A stretch of DNA of 63,607 bases, filler included, from Pelomyxa schiedti (Eukaryota > Protista > Evosea): NCBI GenBank assembly GCA_020536535.1. It is 10 parts of 10 records of this genome, joined end to end, with 100 filler letters (N's around TTAATTAATTAA, not from the genome) between each part and the next. Parts side by side here need not be neighbours in the genome. Positions count along the whole stretch, not along the records: positions 1 to 15,579 come from JAHLWZ010001156.1; positions 15,680 to 35,465 come from JAHLWZ010000160.1; 8 more parts are not named here. One strand, 5' to 3'. Below the pieces are notes generated by a model. The model saw only the letters and a list, made by a program, of their open reading frames with translations. It made no database searches and was not told where the DNA came from. Shown in pieces: positions 10,845 to 22,301 of the stretch. Each line of letters opens with the position of its first letter. Within the stretch, counting starts at the first letter, position 1. The position numbers were made by a program, and so were the translations under genes.

Positions 10845-13800
10845 TCACATTCCACGTGATACAAGTGCTTGTTGCAGTTCATTTGACAAAGCACGTACTC
10901 TCTTCTTTGTTTCTTCCGGTAAATTGCTTGATAGTAGGGCACTAATGTCCCCAATTGGCAGTGGCATGCAGCGCAATGTTTGATTGGCCTTAGTTTTCAG
11001 TTAGAAAAAGTTAAAAAGGGGTTAGGGGCTGTGGGTTACTTTGAGGGCACTGCACATGGCTGTGAATCCAAGAATACTGGTTGTGTTGTCATCCCAGTAG
11101 ACTGATGTGAGTCTTGTATTGACCTGGTAGCATAAATTAGGAATTTACTTCTTTCTGTGGGAGTGTATGGCAGTGCAGTACCTGTAGTACTTTGGCAAGT
11201 GCAACGGCTCCGGGATTGCCCATAGCGTGGCCAGAGACATCAATCTCTGTAATGGATTCGTTTGTTGCCAGGGAATGCAAGAAAGGCAGCATAAGTTTTG
11301 ACATTTGCTGCGTAGCTTTGGTGCCTCCCCCGATTTTTAGGGCTGAGTGTGTGTCAGAATGGAATGGTTTTAGACAAGGAGCAACATTCAAGGGGGCAAT
11401 CAGAGGCAATAAGTTTCTGCAGTGCCCGAATTACATCGGTTCTTGGTCGAGTGCCTTTTCCAAAACAGCCATTCATGTTCAAGGAAAGTAGTGTTGTGTT
11501 TAACATGATTCCTTCAACTACCAGGATGATCCCGTCATCTCCCTAAAAGCAGTGAGTAACGCATTCCTAAATTTGCCTACGCACAAGTTCTGTTCCGCAT
11601 AGGTCGAGCGTTGTTATACTGGTTAATTTTGGGGCTGTTCATAATAGTGAGAAGGGTAGTTGAATTATCCAAAGACCTATATCTCGAAGGATTTTGGCTG
11701 CAACTAGTCCCAAGTCACACCCTCGTAGCATAAGATTAATGGTTCCCTCACGTGGTGGTGATTGAAGGAGATCCTAGAACTTTTAGAAGAAGTTAACCAC
11801 AACAAGATTTACCAAGATTATTTTCTCGGAGGCAATAGATTCGGACAGATCCAAACTAGCCAACGCAGGTATTGAAATAATTTGTGCCAGATGGGCTGCC
11901 TCCTCTGGTTTGGAAATTTTTACTGTAGAGAGTTTGTTAATTTGGCTTTGTGAGGTTGAGAGCAACATCCACTGGCTATCAGTGTTTTAATGTGTCGGCA
12001 TCCCTGTGAAATTGCGCCAAACACAGAGGCTATTTTCGCAGGAGCTATGTTGGTGTTTCTTAGGTTCAGGTAAGTCAGTGGATTTCCTGTCATCCCCAGC
12101 CACTGAGCAAGCTGGGTTGTATTATCGCCTATCTTATTGCCAGATATATCCAAGTGTGTTAGTGTATTGACTCCACGTATCTGGTTGTTATTGTTTGTTA
12201 CTTCTCATTTTCTTATGAAGGAACGAAATACCTTCGGAACACTTATCAGCATGGCCCAAGCTGCCAAGACGGCTTTTGGATTGACAAGTGTATCTGCCAT
12301 TTCGAGGGTCACAACACCGTGAGGTGCTTTGGAAGTGTTGAGGAAGCTCGATAAAGAGCCAATAACTTTGTCATCAAAGACAGGATTAGAGCTCACATCT
12401 AAGTGTTGTATCCGACACTATTGTGTTTTGATTAATTGGTGCAAACATAAAGAAATTTCGAAAAAAAACCTGTGGATTGGACTCCATAGCGTCAAAAAGC
12501 CCTGCCCAGTTACTAGCCGAAAGACTTACATTTACAAGTGTAAGGGCAGTTAAGTGTGTGTTGAAGTGTAGCATGTCAGCTAGGGTAGTAAAGGTTTTTT
12601 CTAATTTTCTATCTTTGGTCAGCAGCCAAGTGAAATGAGTGTTGTGCCTGCAGTTATCTAAGAATTTCTGTAAAGACATGGTACAGCACAAACCAAAGAG
12701 CTTGAAAAACGGGAACGAGTTCCGAAGTAGCCATAGCAACAGTGTCACCACCAGATTCCTCTGCACAAAATTAATATTGGAAAATAGGGGACACAATGTA
12801 CCAGAGAAGAAGTGGTGGAGATTGAATTTGGTGTTATCGGTATAGAGATTCTCAACATCCCAACAGAGGGCCATATTACATGCAACATTGTGATAGTTAC
12901 ATAAAGATTTATATGCATCCACAAATCCACTACATTTTTTCTCGACTATAAGTTGGAGGTGAGCAATAATTAAAAAGAGGGGGAAAAAAGGGGAAGTTGC
13001 AGGCCTGCTTGAATAGGGCTTATCCTTGTAGCAGGAGAGATATTTAACCTAAACCTGAAAGCATCTGGAATCATTCCAAAATTCTGTTCAAAAGCTCTTC
13101 GGACACTGCCCAAAATATCATCGGCTTGATCACTTTCTCCAGCAATTTCACTCTCTGTGAAAATGAGTCGGACCTGACCATATTAGCGAGGAGAATTATG
13201 GCAAAGTGAAAAACCTCTCTTGGAGTGAGGCTGACAATCTCCTTAAGCTCTACAAAGTGACCTTCAGCCCCGACCTTGATAGAGGCATTAAATTGAAATG
13301 CAACAAATATACTCTGTGGTACCTTGCCGCCTTTTTTCACTGTGAAGATTCTGTTCAGGCCAACAACAAGTGTTAACTTATCGGGGCCCTTTTTGCCAGG
13401 CACATTCAAGTAGCCAATATATGAGGCCTCCTCTTTGCGTTGCATAAGAAGGTCTTTTACATGTTCTAGAAATGGTAAGAACAAGGGCGAGTGGGGAAGT
13501 AATAGCAAAACATACTCTGAGCAGAGGATCCTAACGCAAAGGCAAATGAAACCTTGTTCGAATACGACCCAAGGTCATCTAGTTTTTTCTCAAACACTAG
13601 GTGAAGTCAGTGTTTGTACACAAGGGAAAATGAATAAATACTTTTTCTATCCAAATCTACAGAAATCAAGCTACTGATATGCTCTTTATGCTGAAAGAGT
13701 AGTAGGTGCAATAAATGCAAATCTTTCAGGCTTACAGTACAAATATCGGAATCTGAGTTTATGAGACTGGTCTCCAGCAAGAAAAGACACACCAATTACA

Positions 13801-15554
13801 AGGTTGGTTGTGGTGGATGCTTGTGCCATTACTGCCTTAAAATAATCCCAAAGCCTAGTTGTGTTCTGTTCAATATATCTATTCATTGGGACCATGTATT
13901 GCTCCTTTGACGTGAACACTACTCCACTAGATATATTCTATTTTATATGAGAGGAAATATGTATCCCTGATTACAATACCTGTAGTATTTTACTAAGAAG
14001 AACGAGATTACGCCTAACCAAAGGGGATATTTTGCCTGATCGAATGAGGCCAAACTGCTCAGGGGAGAAGATTGCTGGATTGATGTATCTTGAATTGAGG
14101 TAAAATAAATGTTTGAATCGATACTTGTACCTCAATATGAGGAAATTTCCGACAATTGGGAGTGGATTTGCCTCAGCACAGTACTTTTGTGCCATCTCAA
14201 GGAAGTAGGATGCAACGAGCCTGTTTTCCAGTATAAACAGCTGGGCGCTTATAGAAAATGTACCTTATGCCAGGAGGGATTTTATCAATGTTCGTGGCGT
14301 CAGTTATTCTGCCCAAAATGATATCCATTTTATTTTGCAGGAGGATTTGCCTTTTCACAACTTCATCGTGGCTGTCCAACTTCCTGCAAAAAAGGGAGGT
14401 CAGATGAAAAGGGTCTAAGGCATTAGTGACAGACCCTGGATCAATTTCATAAGAGATCTTTTGTTCTGCAATGCATATTTTATGCATGATGTCACCAAGC
14501 ATATCACATAAATACTTACTGCCAACCTTCCCTTAAAACCAACAGTCGTTTGTGCATAATTTCTTAAAAACAAGACTTACTCAGGTAGGACTTTATGACT
14601 TTTGAGGCAATGCAATTATCCCGAAAACTTGGTTCATCTGGTGGGTGATTTTGAAATTCATCATTGACGAAATAGCGGATAAGACTATCAGGCGTTACTC
14701 TCAAGCTAGGGTTTGTGTAAATATAAAGATGCCTTAAAGTCGTAGATCTCGCAAAGGAAGCTGTGACAATTGAATCGGAATACAAATCCCATCTTTCTCT
14801 ATTTTCACACAGCATGAAAAAGTCCCAAAGAACTCTGTACATTTCTAAGTGAAAGGGGAAAAAGGTAGTTGTGTGGGAACTTGGGGTATTTTGTGATCAA
14901 AAAGTGGTAAATGTCTTGAATGAGGTTGCTTTCTCTGTCGCTGTACAACAAGTGTTGATGTTCCTCAATAGGGTCCTGATACTGTGGCTTTGCAGGTTCC
15001 GGTTCCTCAGAACCCACACCAGCAGAATCAATAGAAGTAGGTACTGTGGAAAGTGATGGTGATGGTGCAGGAACAAGTGCTGGTGACAAAGTGGGAGTTG
15101 ATGAAACCAGTGGTGGGGTGTCAGGCTTTCCACTACCAGGTGCCATCAACGGGAACTGCAGTGAAGAGGATGAAGTGGAGAGGGGCTTAGGAGCCCCGGG
15201 GATAGAAAGGGCCGGCGGGATAGCGAGAAGCGGCGGGGCTTCCAGCTTCGCAGCAGTACCCCCGCGGTTGCTCACAGACATGCTCCTTGGAATCGCACCC
15301 AGGCCCCCTTCCGCAGCAGGGGTCGTGCGTGGCACCTTGGCAGGAGACGAGTGCACGCTGAGCGGCGACTGGGGCGTGGGGGGCGCCGGGGCCGACGGCG
15401 GCGCCATCGAAGGGGGCAGCCCGCAGGGCAGGCCGGGAGGCGGGGGCGAGTTGGGGGGCAGCGGCGGCGGCGGGGCGAAGAGCGGCGGCAGCAGGGACGG
15501 CGGCGGGGGCGGGTTCCTGAGGGGAGCGGCATGGCCTTCGTTATTGTCCAGCAC
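10845..15554 (-). CDS. Proline-rich + RasGAP + CARMIL-type PH/linker + LRR protein (multi-exon, 5' truncated by contig end)
   Basis: RasGAP motifs FRDNCIASK, SYEIDP, GNFLILRYINPAIFSP, RRNLVLLSKILQ, KEQYMVPMNRYI. CARMIL-like AYKSLCNYHNV...LCWDVENLY. LRRs LDISGNKIGD and IDVSGHAMGNPGAVALAKVLQ. Stop TGA at 10845. Confidence 0.8.
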
Positions 15555-15579
15555 CTGGACCCAACTTATAAAGCGATGT

Positions 15580-15679
15580 NNNNNNNNNNNNNNNNNNNNN
15601 NNNNNNNNNNNNNNNNNNNNNNNTTAATTAATTAANNNNNNNNNNNNNNNNNNNNNNNNNNNNNNNNNNNNNNNNNNNN
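15580..15679. other. Artificial contig-join spacer; same at 35466-35565, 46284-46383, 47498-47597, 50200-50299, 56183-56282, 58470-58569, 60799-60898, 62505-62604
   Basis: Identical 100-bp structure of Ns around the six-frame stop linker TTAATTAATTAA, nine times. Confidence 0.98.
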
Positions 15680-16136
15680 CTTCTTCGCCGTCGTGGGGAT
15701 CTTGACTTGCTGCTGTGAATCGCAACGTCGGGCGGGGGTTGTTGTTGTTGGTTGATCGAGGCCGGCGATTCCTTCTCCGCCGTTTGGCAGTAGTTGTTGC
15801 GTTCTGTGCGCTCGTCGTCCCGTGCGTGTCCATCGCTCCTCGCGTACAAATTTGCGTATCTACAAGGGGCTCTACGGAATTTGGAGTAGACTGAAGATGT
15901 CTTCCAGATCTGAGGTGTTGTGCGCAACACGTTAAGGGGAGCAGTAGAGGGAGTGGCATGAGGGTCCCTCAGTTCTCCTCATTGATGTCACCCCCCTCAG
16001 TTGCACTCGAAATTCTTCTTCGGTCCGAAGCCGGTGCATTTCTTTTTCACCAAACAAGCTTTTTTGTAGCGTCGTGAGCGTTCGTAGTGTCGCAACAAAT
16101 CCGGGGTTTTAATACCACATCACACAGTCGACAGAG

Positions 16137-17835
16137 ATGGACAAGCAAAAACTAGCGAGGATGGCGGAGAGCGTGCGCATCGGAGGCAAGGGCATGGCCA
16201 GGAGGAAGACCAAGGTCCACCACAAGAACAACGAGAACGACGACAAGCGCATACAGCAGAGCCTCAAGTCGCTCAAGGTGAGCCCAATCACCGGCATCGA
16301 GGAGGTAGTCATCCAGAAGCAGGACGACACCATCATCAAGTTCGCCAACCCTAAAGGTGTGTGTGTGTGTGCGTTGCCACTTGCTATCTCTAGAAACATA
16401 GAAGTGTTGGTTTTTATGCGGTTTGCGGGCGAGTATTGGCATTTATCTACTGGGAATTATGTTTATCATCTTGTTTAATATGTTTTTTAATAATGATAAT
16501 AAAAAAAAAAAACTTTTTCACCTTATTTAACACGCTTTCGTTTTACAGTCCAAGCCTCGGTTGAAGCCAATACATACGTTGTTACCGGCAAAGCCGAAAC
16601 ACGCGGTACCTAGTCTCTTTGAAAGAAACCATCCCCGCTAATTTTATTTAAGCTATGACTCCCGAGGAAAAGACCAAGCAACTTCAAGAAATGATTGGTG
16701 GAATGATCAACAACCTCACACCCGAGCAATTCAAGCAAATGGCTGCTTCTCTTGCAAAGCCCAATGCAGCTGCTGAGGCCGCTGCCGCTGCAACTCCAGC
16801 TGCAACAACACCCGAAACTCCAGCTCCAGCAACCACCACACCCACCCCTGCACCTGCTGAAGAAGCAAAGCCCAAGAAAANNNNNNNNNNNNNNNNNNNN
16901 NNNNNNNNNNNNNNNNNNNNNNNNNNNNNNNNNNNNNNNNNNNNNNNNNNNNNNNNNNNNNNNNNNNNNNNNNNNNNNNNCCCAATGCAGCTGCTGAGGC
17001 CGCTGCCGCTGCAACTCCAGCTGCAACAACACCCGAAACTCCAGCTCCAGCAACCACCACACCCACCCCTGCACCTGCTGAAGAAGCAAAGCCCAAGAAA
17101 AAAGCAACCAGAGGCAAGAAGGGAAAGAAGGTAGCCGAGCCGGTTGCCGAAAAAACCGAGGAAGCAAAGCCCGAAGAAGGTAAACCCGCCACTGATAAGC
17201 CAGCCGAGGAAGCAAAGCCAAAAGCGGAACCCAAGAAAACACCCAAAAAAACCAAGGCCGAGAAGAAGCCCGCTCCCGAGAAAAAAGCTGAGAAACCAGC
17301 ACCCAAGAAGGGTGAGAAGAAACCAGCAGCCGAGAAGCCAGCCGCTGAGAAGAAGCCCGCAGCAAAGAAACCAGCCGCCGAGAAAAAGCCAGCTGCAGAG
17401 GGAAAGAAGAAGCCCGCGACCGAGAAGCCAGCAGCTAAGAAACCAGCAGCGGAGAAGCCCGCTGCAGAGAAGAAGCCCGCGACCGAGAAGCCAGCACCCA
17501 AGGCCGAGAAGCCCGCTGCAGAGAAAAAGCCAGCAGCCGAGAAGCCCGCTGCCAAGAAACCAGCAGCCGAGAAGAAGCCAGCCGCTGAGAAGCCAAAGGC
17601 CGAGAAGAAGCCCGCCGCTGAGAAGAAGCCAGCCGCAGAGAAGCCCAAGGCCGAGAAGCCCGCTGCAGAGAAAAAGCCCGCCACAGAGAAGCCCAAGGCC
17701 GAGAAGCCCGCTGCTGAGAAAAAGCCCGCTGCTGAGAAGAAGCCAGCCGCGGAGAAGCCAGCGGAAAAGAGCCCCGCTGCCGAGAAGCCCAAGGCCGAGA
17801 CCAAGGCTGCTGCTGAGCCTGCAAAGAAAGACTAA
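16137..17835 (+). CDS. BTF3: Nascent polypeptide-associated complex beta subunit with Lys/Pro/Ala/Glu-rich C-terminal extension
   Basis: [29 protein letters not shown]...GIEEV...KFANPK|[18 protein letters not shown]; two introns; KPAAEK repeats to TAA at 17835. The gap 16881-16980 is flanked by a duplicated overlap. Confidence 0.92.
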
Positions 17836-18144
17836 ACTTAATAAACAAGATCGCGTAACCCAAAACAAAGTGGTTTTCCACAACAACAACTGGCGCTAAA
17901 CGCTTGTGTTGTTTCATTCTACCTAATTGAGAAGGTTCTTTCCCGAATTCTCCTACGTCCCGATGCCATTCGAAATTCCCCCGATCGTTCAAATATCTAG
18001 ATCGGTTCCTGTTTGGCGCAGGCAAACAACCTCGCTTTTGCAAACAACCTCGCTTTTTCAGATCTTTTTTCATAAACATTTTTTGTTTCATAAAAACCCC
18101 AAAAGCTACTTGGGGCTTTCCACTCGGGAAGAGACACTGTCACA

Positions 18145-20424
18145 ATGTCTACGGAAACAGCAACGTGTCCGCCATCGGTCGAAGACGTCAAGCTCTGTCC
18201 CGCCTCGCCGCCGCCTGTTATGGGATCCCCTCCTTCCTCTGCCGAGACCGCCACCGACGCGAGGCCCCGTCCCATAACCAAGATTGCTATCGTGGCAGGC
18301 GCCGAGGAGGGCGAGAAGATTTTCGAACCCCCGAGGGCTCGGCACTACACGATCGACGGTAACGAAGCCACAATGCATTTTCTCAGAAGCTACGTGAAGC
18401 ATGAAAGGGTAATGTTTTTTAACTTAAAAAGCAGGAATATGTTCTGTTGTACACTAACAGTAGTAATGTTTTTGTTGAAATTAAGTCACACTCAATATTC
18501 AAACAGAACTCACAAGTGGCCAAAGATACTATGGAACCTGACAACACACCTTCTCTGGCAGGTGTTTATCTAAAACAGTTCTTGAAGAGAGAAAGGAACC
18601 TGCAGTGCGAAGTATTGCACCGTTTCGTTCCTAGTAAGCCCAAAGAGCTGGAAGACCTCGTGAGGGATGCGTCAATCCTTCTGATCAGCACGTCGATGAT
18701 GATCTCCTGGGAGTTTCCTGAAAAGATCGCAGCCACTGCAAGAGCCATGAACCCCTCGCTGACAATTATTGGAGGAGGAACCGGTGTTTACAAGTATCTC
18801 TCCCACTTCCATTGTCTTGCTCTAATTGTACTCAGGAAGTACCACACAAAACTATTGCTGGATTCTGGGTCTTCTGGGCTCACAGATTTCGAGGCGTCGG
18901 TGTTGAGGCACCACAATAAATTATTTGTGCACCCGAAAGTAGAATCGGCCTACGATTTTCTTGTCATTAGTCACTCAGGTGAAAATACATTGCTTAAGCT
19001 TCTTGATGCTTTGGCTGCTGTACGTCTCCGCACTTCCCCTTCGTTTTGAACTCTGATTCCTTGATAAGGGAACTGATGTATGGAAAACATTGCCAAACTT
19101 GTGCTGGTATGACAAAGTAATGCAGAATTTCCACATCAATGAAGGTTTTCTTTTCCACACTTCCTTATTTTTTTCTAAGGAAACATATAGTTGTTGACGA
19201 AATAGGGACCGATGTCTACGTTGACTGGTCACAGGAGAACCTACCGCCTGGGATACTTTACCCTGTTCAAGTCAGTCAGGGTTGCCCGTTCAGGTTAGAC
19301 CACATCCTGAATGCCAATTTGTGGGATAACGTTCAATAACAGATGCGGATTCTGTGACTTTGCCACTATTGCACCAAAAATAAAGCAAGCTCCACTTGAT
19401 GTGATATTTGACATGTTGGAACGAGTACCTCTTGAGGATGGCCGCCGTAACGTAAGGCTAATGCAAGTTCAATTGATTGTTGATCACCCTCAATAGGTCT
19501 ATTTCACAAATGAGAACTTGTTGTACAACAAGAAATTCACAATGGAGTTTCTCACTGAAATGATCAAGAGGGACCTTAAAATTAAGTGGCGTTCATTCCT
19601 GAGGTACCGGCCTTGTTCCGTACCCCAATCGCTGACACCATTTTCAGAATTGACAGTATACAAGAACCGGAAGTAGCCGACCTCGTGAAGCAAGCCGGCT
19701 GCGTTTCAGCCCTTCTGGGAGTAGAGAGTGCAGATCCAACAATTTTGGCAAATATGCACAAGCACTGTACCACAGAGGTGTGTTTCTCAAATAAGTTTAT
19801 GTGTCCTCACACCAACAAAGAAAATTGTGCGGTGTATCTCGCTTCTGGCTGAGCGCGGAATTACTGCGACGGTGTTCCTTCTGTTTGGGTATCCTGGTGA
19901 GACTGAGGAGACTGTAAGGAGAACTATTGAAGTGATGAATAACCTTCCCGATGTTGGAATTATTGTCCTCAGAGTACAGAACCCCAATCTCTTCTTACAC
20001 TCAATTCGCTGCAGCTGTTCAATTTATGTGTTCTTCCAATGTCCCCTCTTTCGTCCCCAGAAGAAAGAACCCGATTTGGACTGAAAGGCCTTGGTAACAT
20101 GTGGGAACACGCCACAATGAACAGTGATACTGCCTACAAAGTCACTCAGAATTCCTACGATAACCTGAGAATGACCCTGTTCGCGTCAAACATCGACGAA
20201 AGGATGGTTTCACATAAACTCACTGACGAACAGCTCAGGGACTTTTACCTCACAAGAAACATTGTGCGCAAAGAATCCCGTTCCAATTCAATTTTGACTA
20301 ACACATATGTATGTTCGAACAGCTCTATCACAGGCAAGCCAATGTACCAATGATTGGGGGTGATACATACCCACCTACTGAGCAGCTGTTTGAGCACTTG
20401 TTGCACCTTGTTTCTGTCTCTTAA
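18145..20424 (+). CDS. Cobalamin-binding-type radical SAM protein, PhpK/BchE-like (about 10 introns)
   Basis: CxxxCxxC (GCPFR|CGFC) split by intron 19294-19342. N-domain PSLAGVYL, LLISTSM, TIIGGG, SGENTL. Core KQAGCVSALLGVESAD, LFGYPGETEETVRRT, GLKGLGNMWEHATM. Confidence 0.85.
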
Positions 20425-20439
20425 TTATTATTATTTAAG

Positions 20440-21357
20440 TACTACCAGTAATTCCGTAACTGGTTTATTAAGACAAGTAGAATTTTTGCTCACAATATTT
20501 ATTGTACACATCTTCCCTACAAAGGGATTGATTTCACCACAGAGCTCTAGCACACAACATTTTTGCATTACCTTCTACAGCATTGAAGCATTTGGTGTGG
20601 ATGATAAAACCACAGTCTGCATTTTTGTGAGGTTTTGAGTATATATTTAAGAAGGCAGCAATACCATCACAACGGTAGGCTTGGCGGCCTAGGCTAGGAA
20701 CACTTTCATCTTTTTACGGAAGGGTCAGAACATACTGGAGATTATATAATACTTACGGCACCAAGCACATGTAGCGGAAGAAATTGATATTTTGGTAAAG
20801 TTGTGGCATGTTATCTGTCTCTCTTGAGTCTAGAAAAACCGGCAGTAAGCACTGGTAAAATGCGGAAATAAAGTACAGCCGCACCTTTTGGATAGCAAAG
20901 TTAATGGAAGATATCCACTCTTGCATCAGAGCCGGAGTGTCAGCCATCAGGAAATAGTCCCTGGAGTTAGTCTTCACCATGAAGACATAGCCTCTCATTT
21001 CTATGAAAGAAAGAGTACTGTTCAGTGACTGAGAGTAATTACATTAGCGAAGAGTGGAACCTGTGGTTGAAGCAGAACAACCCGGAAAATATTGCATGCA
21101 AGTCACACCTCCTCTAAATGATATCATTCCTTGTGGGTGTGCAGACTGCACAGTGTCATTAATTTACATATTTCATGCGTTAAAAAAAAAATAAGAGGGA
21201 AGTAGCAAAACCAAAAACAAAAAAAAACTGCCACCTTTTCATTCTTGGAGTAGTATAATGACATGGTAGTGAGAACGAACCACCTGCGTTTGTGTGTCCT
21301 TCTCAGACCCCCTTCTTTCACTAACCAACCATTCTTCACCACAATTCTAGCGTCCAT
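20440..21357 (-). CDS. Small PH + C1 domain protein (multi-exon; 3' end approximate)
   Basis: KNGWLVKEGGLRRTHKRRWFVL...EWISSI (PH). Spliced HNFTKISISSATCAWCHES...AYRCDDCGFIIHTKC...ELC (C1 zinc ligands). Confidence 0.8.
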
Positions 21358-21681
21358 ATGCACAAGCCAAATACAATTAAAAAATAGACACACTCTACAC
21401 TACTCCCCTGCGTGGCCCTTCGGCACCCAGATAGAATTAAATGTTTCTGATCATCACATCAATCAAACGATCAGGAAACAATCTAATCTCCTCACTTTCT
21501 CCAACATGGGAAAGAAAAACCCAGGTAATTGGTGGGCCCTCAACTTGGTTGGAGTTAACACAGGAAAATTTGGTGGACCCCCAACTTGGTGGCATTCAAA
21601 ACCACCGAAAACAAACCAAAACTACACCTAGTAAAAACAAACCAAGTAGGCAACAACAGGTCCACACCATCTAACACCACA

Positions 21682-22227
21682 ATGCACCCCACTTCTTCTC
21701 CACTTCATCCGGCACAACCTGGGTCAGGGCTCCCACCAGGGACTGTCCTCCCCTACGCGGGCATCAACACCCCACAGGGCTTCCTCCCCTGCGACGGCCG
21801 CCTGTTCCACGTCCTGGACTACCCCGCGCTGTTCTCGGCCATTGGGACCACCTACGGGAGCGGCGACCAGGGCCGCGAGTTCCGGCTGCCCGACATGCGG
21901 TGCCGCTTCCCCCTGGGCTGCCTGCCCACCCCCGCGGACCCCAGCTCCCCCGCCATCCCGCCAGGCAGCGGGGGCCTCACCCAGCGGGCGCTGGGGGCCA
22001 CCGGCGGGGAGGAGCAGCACCACCTCACGATGCAGGAGATGCCCGCGCACTCGCACACGCCGGTGGGGGCGGACCTGGGGTGCATCGGCGGAGGGGCCAG
22101 GGTGTGGCTGGTCGGGGGGCAGTACATTAACAATGGGGCCAAGTACGGGACAGGGACCAGCGGGGAGGACCACCCCCACAACACAATGCCCCCGTTCCTG
22201 GGCCTCAACTTCATCATCAAGGTGTAG
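21682..22227 (+). CDS. Phage tail-collar domain protein (MdpB-like), intronless
   Basis: PPGTVLPYAG...PQGFLPCDG...YPALFSAIGTTYG...FRLPDMRCRFPLG; GGEEQHHLTMQEMPAHSH; HNTMPPFLGLNFIIK. Confidence 0.92.
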   Translation: MHPTSSPLHPAQPGSGLPPGTVLPYAGINTPQGFLPCDGRLFHVLDYPALFSAIGTTYGSGDQGREFRLPDMRCRFPLGCLPTPADPSSPAIPPGSGGLTQRALGATGGEEQHHLTMQEMPAHSHTPVGADLGCIGGGARVWLVGGQYINNGAKYGTGTSGEDHPHNTMPPFLGLNFIIKV

Positions 22228-22301
22228 CAGGAGAGATAAGGTGCAGGAATTCGCCATTACAATTGTAATTGGGAAAAGAATAGTGAATAGGAAAATTTTT
22301 T

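Noticed and set aside
15580-15679. Recurring TTAATTAATTAA palindrome within Ns
   Set aside because: Artificial contig linker; adjacency across these spacers has no biological meaning.
16760-17101. ~120-bp direct duplication in BTF3
   Set aside because: Identical sequence on both sides of a 100-N gap indicates an unmerged scaffold overlap.
16684-17889. Long minus-strand hydrophobic ORFs (also 26009-26932, 47546-48310, and plus-strand ORFs over Sel1 genes)
   Set aside because: Antisense shadows of repetitive coding sequence.
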